DNA from: Phoronis australis
Taxonomy: Eukaryota; Animalia; Phoronida
DNA length: 64,000 nt
NCBI GenBank assembly: GCA_002633005.1
Contig: NMRA01000010.1
Span: 361,280 to 425,279, forward strand
Direction: 5' to 3'
A model generated the notes under the pieces. That model searched no databases. It was not told the origin of the DNA and saw nothing but the letters and a program-made list of their open reading frames with translations. Both the position numbers and the translations under genes were made by a program. Of this stretch, positions 12,501-25,859 are shown piece after piece; position 1 is the stretch's first letter, and each line of letters begins with the position of its first letter.

Positions 12501-15500
12501 TCTTGACCCCACAAAATTACTACTTTTTGTCCGGAAAACTACCACTTTCACTTCTTAGATGTTGGCACCTCTGGCCATGCTTGACATGACGTTGACTCAC
12601 AAAATGAAAGCTCATTCACACTCCCCTAGAATACACTGCATTACCGACACACGGAAGAATAGGCCTAGTATTACCTACTGATATCTGTCCCATTACGAAT
12701 ACATGATGCAAGGTCGCTTGATATTATGCACTGGCGCTTCGACAAGCCTCGCACGGGTGATTGTCCTCTTTCTTGAATTATACTGGCGGAAAGTTGTGAG
12801 TGACGACGTGCACCCCGTGCGAAGCTTATCCACACCCCCTGCAACATCAAATGAGCGTAATATCAGGCACCAGAGTGCTACTGACGTATCAAAATGGCGT
12901 TTCACAGTACATCATGTGCTCTCGAATAATGGGCACATTTTTCGCTTCTCTAGCTTTTGTACGTATAAGTTGTTAGTAAGAGCGCAGCTTCCAAATGTAC
13001 TTTTTAATGCTCGCCCAGTTGTGCCACGATCTTATCGATGGTTAGATCAGTCATCAGGTAATCGGTGGAGTCATCGGCACCAACGAATAAATCAGTAAGT
13101 TGTGCAACATGGGACATAGTTAAGATTGGCCTAACGACGCTTGTCGCTTCTTCCAACATGAAATTGCATAATGTTATTTCACCATTGCATTTTGAAGCTT
13201 TACTTCAAAAGTTCTTCCGGCAACTATTGTAATAAGTGCATTATCATGACGTCAGGGTAGCATAGGCAAGCTACTGGATTGTAGTGCTACGGTAGCCATT
13301 CTCGGCTATGTTGTCGTTATCCTATTGTTTTAAAAGTCTTAACTGTATCGTGATGTACTGAATTGTCTAACACATTTTCTATATCCTCTGTCAGGTGCAG
13401 TGCTTCTGAAACGAAGAGTTTACGCCGTTGATGGATTCTCTTACTGCATGCTCAAATTCTGTTTTGTTAGCTACAATAGTTAAGTAGTATTGATGAATAA
13501 GATGATTTTTGTTCACTAATCAAAATCGACCCTATTAAGTCCCGTCCACACACAGCCTACCCAACAACGATTTGCCCTAGTGCTACACATATCCCCGATA
13601 GCAAGAGTAAGGAAGTTGTCGCTTAATTTGTGCCTGGCATGAATAGCTAATGCGAATACGGCGCAAATAAAAAACGGATAGGAGTTCAGTAACGCGAGGA
13701 CATCGCTAAAGGCAAGACATTGCAAGATTACGTTGGATATTTTCATATATTTTAAATGAAAACTTGTGGTTTTGGCTACATTTTAGCGAGGTCCTTGGGT
13801 AGGCCCCATCGTTACTGAACTCTGCCCCGTTCTGTATGTAACCGCAGGTGGTAATTACTTCCGCCGTGATTGCCCCAAGTTTGCGGCCACACAGCGATTA
13901 GAAGTGGCACAAGGTACCCTACTAAAACAAGTTGCCCTACCTCGACAAGGTGGAGTAAATTGTCACAAGTGGGGTGAATTGCTCTAGTTTAAATAGCGTC
14001 CACATAGCCTCCAAAACTTGCAACAACCCGTTCCAGGAGTAACTTGTTCTAGGGCAAGTCTCTGTGTCATGGACGGTACTTCTGAAAACCCCTCGTTCAT
14101 TTCACACTAACATTTGTTTTAGTACAAAAGCCGGTTGTTTCCGTGATCAGCCATCTTTGACAAGAGGTAAGCGTTTCATTTTTGTTTAGTGTTGCTGTTT
14201 TGTTTAAGCAATTTCTCGTTACTTTTTCGGGTGGAACAGCTTACTAATTTAAATGTCAGTCATTTTTTATTAAAATGACGTAGTCTATATTATTATAGAG
14301 GCTCTCACCTGAAGGCAGCCAAAATGAGGGAACCTTCATAAAGTGTCCCACCTGAAGGCGGCCATAAACGGGACCTGTTATATAAATTTAGAGCCTCGCT
14401 CTTGGTCTTTGGGAGGGGTCCTTGCATTAATATAGAGGACCCTACTTCTGAGGCTTGAAAATGAATTTATCGCTTTAAGTCATTTTAATTAGTATGAAGT
14501 CGTTATAAGCTGTTAACAGTAATAAGCTGCTGGACACTTGCGATTTGATTTAGCGTCATTTGACGCTATCTCCGCCAGAATTTGACTCAACACGTGACTC
14601 GTAATTTCGCAATACCATACTATCCTAAGGGGACAACAAAATAGAAAACTGTATGCCAAAAGTATGAATTTTCAGTCGGCTCTCCAAAAACCTAGCAACA
14701 CTCTTATGTTCAATCAAACTTGTCTCCAGGTTGTCACCTACGTATGCGGCTGGTTCTCCATATGTAAGAAGTTTCCTTTCGTGCTACAGGCCGGAGCCAC
14801 AGAAATATTCTGTGAAGAAAACGATTTACTCGTCTTCACGCCGATGATAGGGGTGGTCTAACTGCTGACGAAATAACTGAGAATGAAGACTCCAATAAAA
14901 TCCATTTATTCAAGAAATAATTCGATAAGTGTAAACTAATTGGCTTAGCTTGAGTTATTGCCACCTAGACGGAAGATGCATAACGGTATGACATTGTAGT
15001 AACTAATATATGTAATACCACAGCTCTCAGCCTCCTGCTGCATGTCAATGTCGATTTCGTGCCACCAATTGTCGATCGGATGCCCCCCGCAAATAAAACA
15101 TATAATCCAAACAAAAATAAAACAACACTTACCTGTCGCCAGATTGAATGCATGAATAAAACCTTAGCTGAACGACACTGCCCCAAATCAAGAAAGTGAA
15201 CATGTTAGTTATCCAGAAAAGTTCCGACACAGTTATGCAAATTTAAGAGGATCCACAGTAAATTTACCTCTTGTAAGCCCTCTCAAGTATATGTCCAGAT
15301 GGCGTGTCCAAAGAAACTTTTCCGAAAATAAACCTAGGACGCATACTTTTTAGAACAAAATTGTATGGTTGTAACAAAAATTTCTCCAGTCTCATTATGA
15401 CGATTTTTAGGGAGATTTTTAGGGATATTTTAAGGGCGAGGTACAGTACTAATACACCCCTACGTGTATTCGGCATAAATAATATTGGTCCGGGTGTATC

Positions 15501-15753
15501 GTTACATCAAACTTTGTCTCCTAGGCGTCATATTCGGAAATCACTAGCATTATTCACGAAAATTGTTTACATCAGTTGTAGTTAGCGCAGGCATCGGGCT
15601 GAGAGACACATCACCTGGGGTATATGAAACGAGTTAAAACTATAATTAGCAACACAACACTAAAAGCTTTTGAATCTAGCAATTTGAAGTATTTGTACGA
15701 CTGAAGTGCTCCGAAAACTATCTTAGTAATGTTTGAGATCGACAAGTTGCACT

Positions 15754-15902
15754 CAGTGGTGGATTTAGAGGGGGGCCATGGCCCCCCTATAATTCTCCCA
15801 GATTCCATTTGGCGATGCGGGGGTGCAAATGTCTGTCGGGAAAAATCCTGGCTAATACTCTGCCCTGGCCCCCCCCAACTCAAAATCCTGGATCCCCCCC
15901 TG
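15754..15902. mobile_element. Short MITE related to 4196-4506, inserted in the large element
   Basis: CAGTGGTGGATTTAG...GGATCCCCCCCTG; flanks GCACT/GGACT. Confidence 0.65.
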
Positions 15903-18900
15903 GGACTCCCGTCATTCGATAAAGGGTTACAAAATATGATTGTCTGTTCATTGCCTTATCAAACTTTTGTGGCTTAAGTCTTATAAGTCTTTGATACGTC
16001 ACAAATGCTCTCCCCACTGAGATAAAACTACAAAACCTACATGTGACGGCGGCGATCAAATAATATGTATCCCATGATCCTCTTGCCGAGACACGCTGTT
16101 GAATTAGCTTGCTCCTCACGGTGAATCAGTAGATTTTATTCTCGTTTCAGTTCATGAATTGAAGAAACCACCAAGTGAGCCGATGTGGTACGGTGTACAC
16201 GATACACATCAACATAATTGTTCTTTTCACTCTTTTGCGGAACTTACCATTAAGTAGGAATATAATAGGAGACTTGGTTATACACTATTCCATCAATCTA
16301 CATAGCCATGTGAGGCCTGGGCACACATCTGTTTGATTATTCCAAAGTATTAGTAAGGGTTTGTGATTATCACGGACTATTCAGCTGTTAGCTGGTTCAA
16401 ACTAGTTCGCGTCGTAGAACTCTTGCTAGCTAGAGTTCTGTTTGCTTGTATTCCGAGTCATCAAAAAGATCTTGTTGAAGCTTGAGGTGCTTGGTAAAGA
16501 AGACTAATTTCATGTAACAAGTACCGTATGGCAATGACGTCGAAGATGCCGAATGAAATCAAATTCGAAATGACATAATTTTGCGGGGATGTAATCTTGC
16601 TGGAAAGATTATGGTGTTTCTTGTTTATTTCAATTGACAATTGTTCTCCGTCGTAGTTATTTTTTTTGTTTTTAAAACGAATAACTTTAGAAAAAAAATT
16701 TTGGATTCGCAGACCAGCAATTGTTTAAATTAGAGAGGGATCACAAATCTGCACAGTGTGAACTGCTAGGATTCCTCAATTGCGTTTGTGAGCAGACAGC
16801 GCTTATACGTAGAGGTCAGACTGGGAATTTTTCAGGAAGAGCTCCGGAGTGCGTTCAGTGACGCTTGGACCTACAGTGAATTTCGCGTCTGTACTGCAAG
16901 GGTCAATACTATGAAAATAAAATCCCCGGAGTGAGAGCTCTTCGCGGTGTAACAACTCGCTCACTAATCCATCATCATGGGCGAGTGATAGGAGACCGGT
17001 GAATAACTTAAAAACGCAAAAATGATGCAGTTTGGCGTTACACAAACAAAATCAATTGTGGGCGAAGACTGCGAAAAATAGCCGGGTTTACAAAATGACT
17101 ACAGCGTTGTATTGACCGGGAAGCAACCAATCTAATACAACTTGTTAACGTCACGAGTCAAATTAAAGATCAAATGTNACTAGTTCGCATCGTAGAACTC
17201 TTGCTAGCTAGAGTTCTGTTTGCTTGTATTCCGATTCATCAAAAAGATCTTGTTGAAGCTTGAGGTGCTTGGTAAAGAACACTAATTTCATGTAACAAGT
17301 ACCGTATGGCAATGACGTCGAAGATGCCGAATGAAATCAATTTCGAAATGACATAATTTTGCGGGGATGTAATCTTGCTGGAAAGATTATGGTGTTTCGT
17401 GTTTATTTCAATTGACAAATAAATATTGTTCTCTGTTGTAGTTATTTTTTTGTTTTTAAAACGAATAACTTTAGAAAAAAATTTTTGGATTCACAGACCA
17501 GCAATTGTTTAAATTAGAGAGGGATCACAAATCTGCACAGTGTGAACTGCTAGGATTCCTCAATTGCGTTTGTGAGCAGACAGCGCTTACACGTAGAGGT
17601 CAGACTGGGAATTTATGAGGAAGAGCTCCGGAGTGCGTTCAGTAACGCTTGGACCTACAGTGAATTTCGCGTCTGTACTGCAAGGGTCAATACTATGAAA
17701 ATAAAATCCCCGGAGTGAGAGCTCTTCGCGGTGTAACAACTCACTCACTAATGCATCATTATGGGCGCGTGATAGGAGACCGGTGAATAACTTAAAAACG
17801 CAAAAATGATGCAGTTTGGCGTTACACAAACAAAATCAATTGTGGGCGAAGACTGCGAAAAATAGCCGCGTTTACAAAATGACGGCAGCGTTGTATTGAC
17901 CGGGAAGCAACCAATCTAATACAACTTGTTAACCTCACGAGTCAAATTATAGCTCAAATGTAAAGAAAACGTTCACGTTTTCACCCAAAACTTGTTGCAT
18001 TGTCCATAACTTATCCAATGTTTACTAATGCCGCTTGCCTTCAACCTTCGAATAGTAGTGGTGTTACACAACCGACATGAACTCATGTAACCAGACAGCA
18101 AAACTAGGTTAATTTATTTGACCCTGTGCTAACGAATATGTGCATCTTCACGCAAAGTGGTATGGGCCTGACAACCTATTACGCAACTGCTACTCTAGCC
18201 TAAAAATAGCAGCCGACCAGCTGGCAGCTGGTCGGCTGATGACCGGTCGGCTGGGGAGTCGCCTTATGAGTCGGCACTGCGGGCGGCCGCCGGTCGGCTA
18301 ATTTTTAGTCGATCGGTTGGTGGCCCGTCGTCGGCCAATTTCCGACCGGGCGGACAAAAATTCGTGATGTATGCTGTAGCTAAAATCTAATCAAAGTCGC
18401 GCGTTCCCATTTAAAATACACGGCCACATCTCACGCAATCTCACGAAGTCTTGCATTTAGGGAAATCCTAGCGTTACAGAATGGGAGGCAGGTCTATGAC
18501 TCGAAGAGACCTTTTTCCCGCTATTAGTGCCACGCATGGATTTCAGGCAGGTGTGTTGTCACCTAACCTGATGGTGTAATCGCGGTGCAAGTACCTACTC
18601 GCTTTAAAATTTAAATGGCGCAAATTCGTCAGATTTTCCACAGGACACGTCGTAAAATTCCAAACACGTCAGTCACAAAGGCCGGTACACATTTACGAAC
18701 GTCGGCTAATCTGACCTTTCTGAAATTTTGATATTGCTCCACCGATTCATTTGGAAACAAACGCAATCCGTACGCATCAGTTCCTTCGTCTGAATTTCCC
18801 CGTATTCCGCTTTCAAAAGTGTTCAAATCCATCCAGCACGTTACGCACCCTCGTTGTGGACTAGTAACCCGGCGGCCTCATGGGCCTGCCGGGTTGCAGC

Positions 18901-19269
18901 CGTCTCGTTATCAGTTTGACAGTGGAAACCAATGTTTTCATAGACCTCTGCTTTCATCTAAGCTTAGGTAATCCAGCAATTGATGTTGTAAACAGCGCGC
19001 CTGGCACTAACCGACATTTAAAAATGCTATTTGCTAACGACCAACAAATGTTGCGAAGCAGTTGTATTTTGTATGGAATACTTTCACCAAAAAACTTCGA
19101 ATGGAGAAAAACGGTTGACTTTCAGAGAAATTACTCTCAACTTTCATCTGTTCATTCCTTTGTGTGATTGTGAGGTCGTCCAGCTTAACCACAGTAATGG
19201 GTACCAACACAAAAGGCTTGTTGGACACGTTTAATCGACAGTGTTTCGAGATTATATCGTGATAGTGGA

Positions 19270-22200
19270 CTAAGGGCTATCAGCGTGTAAGATTACGTAC
19301 CCTAGCATAACATCAAGCGGTCAATCATGCATATCTTGTATGGACAATTCGTGCAGCCAACAGTAATGGCCAACTTGTTGTGACTGGTGGTGTCTTAACA
19401 AAACATAACGGATAAAAAACATCCAGCATGTCGTCTTAAAAACTACAAACAACTTGCAAGTATTAGTATTTCAACAAAATTCGAATAAATGCAGAACTTC
19501 AGATATCCCAACCCTTTATAAATAATTCCTATTTTGTTATCTTACACATCAGAGAATAACACTACGAAAAATGCGTAAGGTTACATCTCAGTGTTTAACA
19601 TTACGCATCCGCCCGTAATATCAAGCAGTCATATATGTTGAAAAAACGGCCCGTGCAACTATGGGCTACCAGCGTGTAAAATTACGTATCCGAGAGTAAT
19701 ATCAAGCGGTCATGCACAATATTATGTATAGTGACAAAAATTGCGGGTGAGTCTAAAGCCTATATAAAAACCCGAGCGTAATATCAAGCGACCGTAATAT
19801 TACGCAGACAAGAGTAATGCACGTATTTTTTATTCCGATATTAGGTAATAGTACATATAATTTGGTGACAAAACGTATATTGAGCTCCCACAAGAAACAT
19901 GCTGTCAAGCGCAGCCAAAAGTGATAGACACATTTTAGCTTCTGATATTAGATTACATATATCCTGATGGCAAAACGTAAAGCTCACATTTGAACTAATA
20001 GTTCAACGATTGTGTGAGACAAAAACACCGCCGCAAAGTTTAGCGTGAGGTGGTCAGAAGCACATTCGTTAACAATGGGAACGATATTATCGAAAAACCG
20101 CACCCAGTTTTCAAAAAAGTTTGTCAGCTACCTTGTGGTTGATCATATGAAATCTACCTGAACTGTGTCTGTAGAAGACGGCCCAGTGAGCAATCGTCCG
20201 TGCGAGCCCTATATAAGCTACCGCGCGTAATATCAAGCGACCGCAACATTACGAAACGCTTCGTCCTATAAACTACAAGCAACATGCTGTCAAGCATTAG
20301 TATTATAACAAAATTCGAATAAATATCATCAGAAATCCGAAGTCATCTTAACATAAACTTCGATCATGGATGATGTTATACGTTAAGCACAAGACTACGC
20401 AAAATGCGTAAGATTACACGTCAGCATGTAAGATTACGCATCTGCACGTAATATTAGGCAATCAAGTATATTGAAGAAATCACCCGTGCAACTAAGGGCT
20501 ATCAGCGTGTAACAGTACGTATCTATACCTAATATCAAACGGTTATGAAGATGACAAAAAATCGCCGGTGTGATCAACGCCTATATAAAGGTCCGAGCTC
20601 AACATGAAGCGATCGTAACATTACACGAGCGTAATATTACGCAAGAAACCTCCACCGGAGTATGGAAATGATGAAACACTGCATCGCATAGCCAATTGTA
20701 ATGGACATGTTTTAGATTTTGATATCAGGTTTTAGTACATGTAAGTTGATGGCAAAATGTTAAGCTCCTATTTGAACTAGTAGTTGAACGGTTGTTTGAG
20801 ACACAGACGTCGCAACAAATTTAACGTGAGGAACATAAGCTCACGATGCTAACTGAATTACCAAGAGTTTGCATTCAGTTTTCAAAAAAGATGGGTTAAA
20901 ACCCTTCGTCAGCCGCCTTGTGGGTTGACCATATGAAATCTACCTGAACTATGTCTGTAGACGACGGCCCAGTGAACAACCGTGCGTGCGAGCCTTATCT
21001 AAGCTACCGTGCGTAATATCAAGCGAACGTAATATTACGCCACGCTTCGTTATATAAACTACAAGCAACATGCTGTCAACCATTAGTATGACAACAAAAT
21101 TCGAATAAATATCATTAGAAATTCCAAGTCATCATAACATAAACTTCGTTCATGGATAATGTTACAGGCGTCAGGCTTGCGTCTATGCAAAATGCGTAAC
21201 ATTACACGTCAGCGTGTAAGATTACGCATCCTCACGTAATATCAAGCCCTCATCTATGTTAAAAAATTTGCCCGTGCGACTAAGGGCGGTCAGCGTGCAA
21301 CATTACGTACCTGTACCTAATATCAGTCATGCATAATATGAAGATGACAAAAAGTCGCGGATGTGACCAACGCCTATATAAAGATCCGAGCTCAAGATCA
21401 AGCGACCGTAATATTACGCGCGACCGTAATATTACGCATGAAATCACCGAAGTGTGGAAATGATGAATCACTGTGCATCGCACAGCCAATTGTAATGGAC
21501 ATATTTTGGATTGTGATATTAGATTTTGGCATATATAATTTGACGACAAAATGTAAAGCTCCCATTTGAACTAATAGTTGAACGATTGTTTGTAACACGA
21601 ACGCCGCCGCAAAGTTTAACGTGAGGGTAAAAGCACATTACGCTAACGATGGCAAAATAATTACCGAAAAATTGTATTCAGCTTTCAAACAAGATTGGGT
21701 TAAAACTCTTCGACAGCCATCTTGTGGGTTGACCATATGAAATCTAAATGAACTTTTTCTGTAGACGACGGCCCAGCGAAGAATCGTGCGTGCGAGCCCT
21801 ATCTAAGATATCGCGCGTAATATCAAGCGACCGTAATATTACGCCACGCTTCGTCTTATAGGCTACTAGCAACATGCTGTCAAACATTAGTATTACAACA
21901 AAATTCGAATAAATATCAGAAATCCGAAGTCATCATAACGTAAACTTCGTTCATGGATGATGTTACACGTCTCAGACAAGACTACGCAAAAATGCGTAAA
22001 ATTACACGTCAGCGTGTAAGTTTACGCATCTGCACGTAATATCAAGTAGTCATGTATGTTGAAAAAAATCACCCGTGCAACTAAGGGCTATCAGCGTGCA
22101 ACATTAGGTATAGGTACCTAATATCAAACGGTCATGCATAATATAAAGATGACAAAAATCGACGGTGTGATCAACGCCTATATAAAGGACCGAGCTCAAC

Positions 22201-25200
22201 TTCAACCGACCGTAATATTACGCGACCGTAATATTACGCTACAGTAATATTACGCAAGAAACCTCCACCGACTGTGCATGTCACAGCCAATTGTAATGGA
22301 CATGCTTTAGATTCTGACATTAGATTTTAGTACATGTAAGTTGATGGCAAAATTTAAAGCTCCCATTTGAACGAATAGTTGAACGATTGTTTGAGACACG
22401 AAAGCCGCTGCAAAGTTGAACGTAAGGGGATTGGAAGCATATAAGCTCCCGATGGGAACTGAATTACCAAAAGTTTGCATTCAGTTTTCACAAAAGATAG
22501 ATTTAAATCCTTCGTCAAGCACCTTGTGGTTTGACCCTATGATATGTACGTGAAGTATATTTGTATACCATAACACAGTCAAGAATCGCCCGTGCAAGCC
22601 CTATCTAAGCTACCGCGCGTAATATCAAGCGACCGTAATATTACGCCACGCTTCGTCTTATAAACTACAAGCAACATGCTGTCAAGCATTTCTAATACAA
22701 CAAAATTCGAATAAATATCATTAGAATACCAAGTCATCATAACATAAACTTTGTTCATGGATGATGTTACGCGTCAGGCACAACACTACTTAAAATGCTT
22801 AATATTACTCGTCAGCGCGTAAGATTACGCATCCTCACGTATTATCAAGCAGTCATGTATGTTGAAAAAAATTGCCCGTGCGACTAAGGGCTGTCAGCAT
22901 GCAACATTACGAATCTCTACCTAATATCAAACGGTCATGCATAATATGAAGATGACAAAAATCGCCGGTGTGAACAACGCCCATATGAATGTCTGAGCTC
23001 AACATCAAACGATCGTAATATTACGCGTCCGTAATTTTACGCAAAAAACCTCCACCGAAGTATGGAAATTATGAGTCACTGTATCGCGTAGTCAATTGTA
23101 AGGGACATATTTTAAATTCTGATATTAGGTTTTATTACATGTAAGCTGATGGCAAAAGGTAAAGTTCCCATTTGAACTAATAGTTGAACATTTGTTTGAG
23201 ACACGCATGCCCCAGCAAACGGTTTAACGTGAGGGGATTGGGAGCACATAAACTCTCGATGTTCGTATTCAGTTTTCAAAAAAGATGGGGCTTCAACGCT
23301 TTGTCAGCCACCTTGTGGCTTGAGCCTATGAAATCTATCCGAACTGTGTCTGTGTAGGACGGCCCAGTGAGCAACCGCCTTTGCGAGCCCTATCTAAGCT
23401 ACCGCGCGTAATATCAAGCGGCCGTAATATTACGCCACGCTTCCTCTTATAAACTACAAGTAACATGCTGCCAATACAGCATTGGTATTACAAGAAAATT
23501 CGCATAAAGGTCATCAGAAATCCCAAGTCACCATAACATAAAACTTCGTTCATGGATGATGTTAAACGTCTGGGATACGTGATGAAAAAAATCGCCTGGT
23601 GGCGTGCAACTGAGGCATATGAGCGTGTAACCTTAAAGACACACACGTACGTAATATCCAGCATTTATGCGTAATATCATACATGATAAAAAATTGCCCG
23701 TGCAACTAAGACCTATACAAGTACCCCTGCCTAACATCAAACGACCATAATATTACGCAAAAAGCTCCGTACCGAGTGATGGCTTACTGCGCATGCTGCA
23801 GCCAAGAGTAGTGGGCAAATTTTAGCTTCTGCATTAGGTTTTAGTACATTTAAGTTGGTGGCAAAGCATACAGCTCACATTTGAACTTTAATAGTTGAAC
23901 GGTTGTTTGACACGGACACCGCCGCAAAGTTTGATTTGAGTAGGTTGGAATCATATTCGCTATCGCTGGGAACGAAATTACCAAAAATATAAGCTAAAAC
24001 TCTGTCTCAGCTACCTCGTGGGTTGACTGTTTGACAATTATCTACCTGAACTGCGTCTGTATACGACCGNGCATTCAGTTTTCACAAAAGATAGATTTAA
24101 ATCCTTCGTCAAGCACCTTGTGGTTTGACCCTATGATATGTACGTGAAGTATATTTGTATACCATAACACAGTCAAGAATCGCCCGTGCAAGCCCTATCT
24201 AAGCTACCGCGTGTAATATCAAGCGACCGTAATATTACGCCACGCTTCGTCTTATAAACTACAAGCAACATGCTGTCAAGCATTTCTAATACAACAAAAT
24301 TCGAATAAATATCATTAGAATACCAAGTCATCATAACATAAACTTTGTTCATGGATGATGTTACGCGTCAGGCACAACACTACTTAAAATGCTTAATATT
24401 ACACGTCAGCGCGTAAGATTACACATCCTCACGTATTATCAAGCATTCATGTATGTTGAAAAAATTGCCCGTGCGACTAAGGGCTGTCAGCATGCAACAT
24501 TACGAATCTCTACCTAATATCAAACGGTCATGCATAATATGAAGATGACAAAAATCGCCGGTGTGAACAACGCCCATATGAATATCTGAGCTCAACATCA
24601 AACGATCGTAATATTACGCGTCCGTAATTTTACGCAAGAAATATCCACTGAAGTATGGAAATTATGAGTCACTGTATCGCGTAGTCAATTGTAAGGGACA
24701 TATTTTCAATTCTGATATTACTGTAGGTTTTATTACATGTAAGTTGATGGCAAAAGGTAAAGTTCCCATTTGAACTGATAGTTGAACATTTGTTTGAGAC
24801 ACGCATGCCCCAGCAAACGGTTAAACGTGAGGGGATTGGGAGCACATAAACTCTCGATGTTCGTATTCAGTTTTCAAAAAAGATGGGGCTTCAACGCTTT
24901 GTCAGCCACCTTGTGGCTTGAGCCTATGAAATCTATCCCAACTGTGTCTGTGTAGGACGGCCCAGTGAGCAACCGCCTTTGCGAGCCCTATCTAAGCTAC
25001 CGCGCGTAATATCAAGCGGCCGTAATATTACGCTACAAACTTTCACCAAAGTATGGAAAAACTGAGTCACTGTGCATTGTGCAGCCAGAAGTAATGGCCA
25101 TATTTTAACTTCTGATATTAGGTTTTGGTACTTTCAAGTTGATGGCAGACGCAAAGTCCACACTTGGCCCATTTTAATAGTCGGACACGCACTTGCGCCA

Positions 25201-25400
25201 GACAAGGACCCCTGGGCGCTGTTTAAATTGTTCGTGGGAAGGACACGGTTTTCAAAAAAGCGTGCGCCGCGCCTTGTAAAAATCAACCCGTACTTCAGCA
25301 CTATGACCACGCACAGGGGAAAACCATTCGAGCACCAGAGGCCAATCGCACCCGTGCGTAATATCAAGCGTCCGTAATATCATACCTCGGAACACGACGG
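19270..25400. repeat. Diverged ~800-bp tandem satellite (about 7-8 units) in the right subterminal region
   Basis: Marker AAAATTCG(A/C)ATAAA recurs at ~19477, 20310, 21097, 21900, 22702, 23496 and 24296 (spacing ~785-835 bp); units are rich in GTAATATTACG/GTAATATCAAGCG; inverted partial units at ~9540-10740. Confidence 0.9.
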
Positions 25401-25859
25401 AAGGATCAAAAACGTGAAACAGCTTGTTTATTGAAGTTAGCCTTCACAAGCGCCGGACAGGGAAAATCACCCGAGAGGAGCGTATCCAAGCACCCGCGCG
25501 TAATATCAAACGACCGTTATATCAGGCATCGGAGCACGACAGAAGGTTCAAAAGAGTGAAACAATAATACAGGGTGTTTACGAGAGCTAGCTTTCGCAAT
25601 CGCGACATTTTAAGCCACAGGCGTTCAATCATTTGAGCTTCGCCAGAATTTAACCCTCACCCCGCTTCCGCTATCATATGGTATATACTTAGGCCAAGCT
25701 GTTGTGACCCTTGGTGTCTCAACTGTACATCCTTCGGAGCTAGAACATGTTTTAACATAACATGACAAAAGCAACAAAACAACAGATCAAAAAAAAACTT
25801 CCAACAAATCGTCTTATAAACTACAAGCAACATACCGTCAAGCGCTAGCGTTACCACAG

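Noticed and set aside
16401-17961. Tandem ~780-bp duplication with twin 80-aa ORFs (possible LTR pair or gene duplication)
   Set aside because: The copies are joined by a single N at 17178, with no TG..CA/PBS/PPT; most likely an assembly artefact
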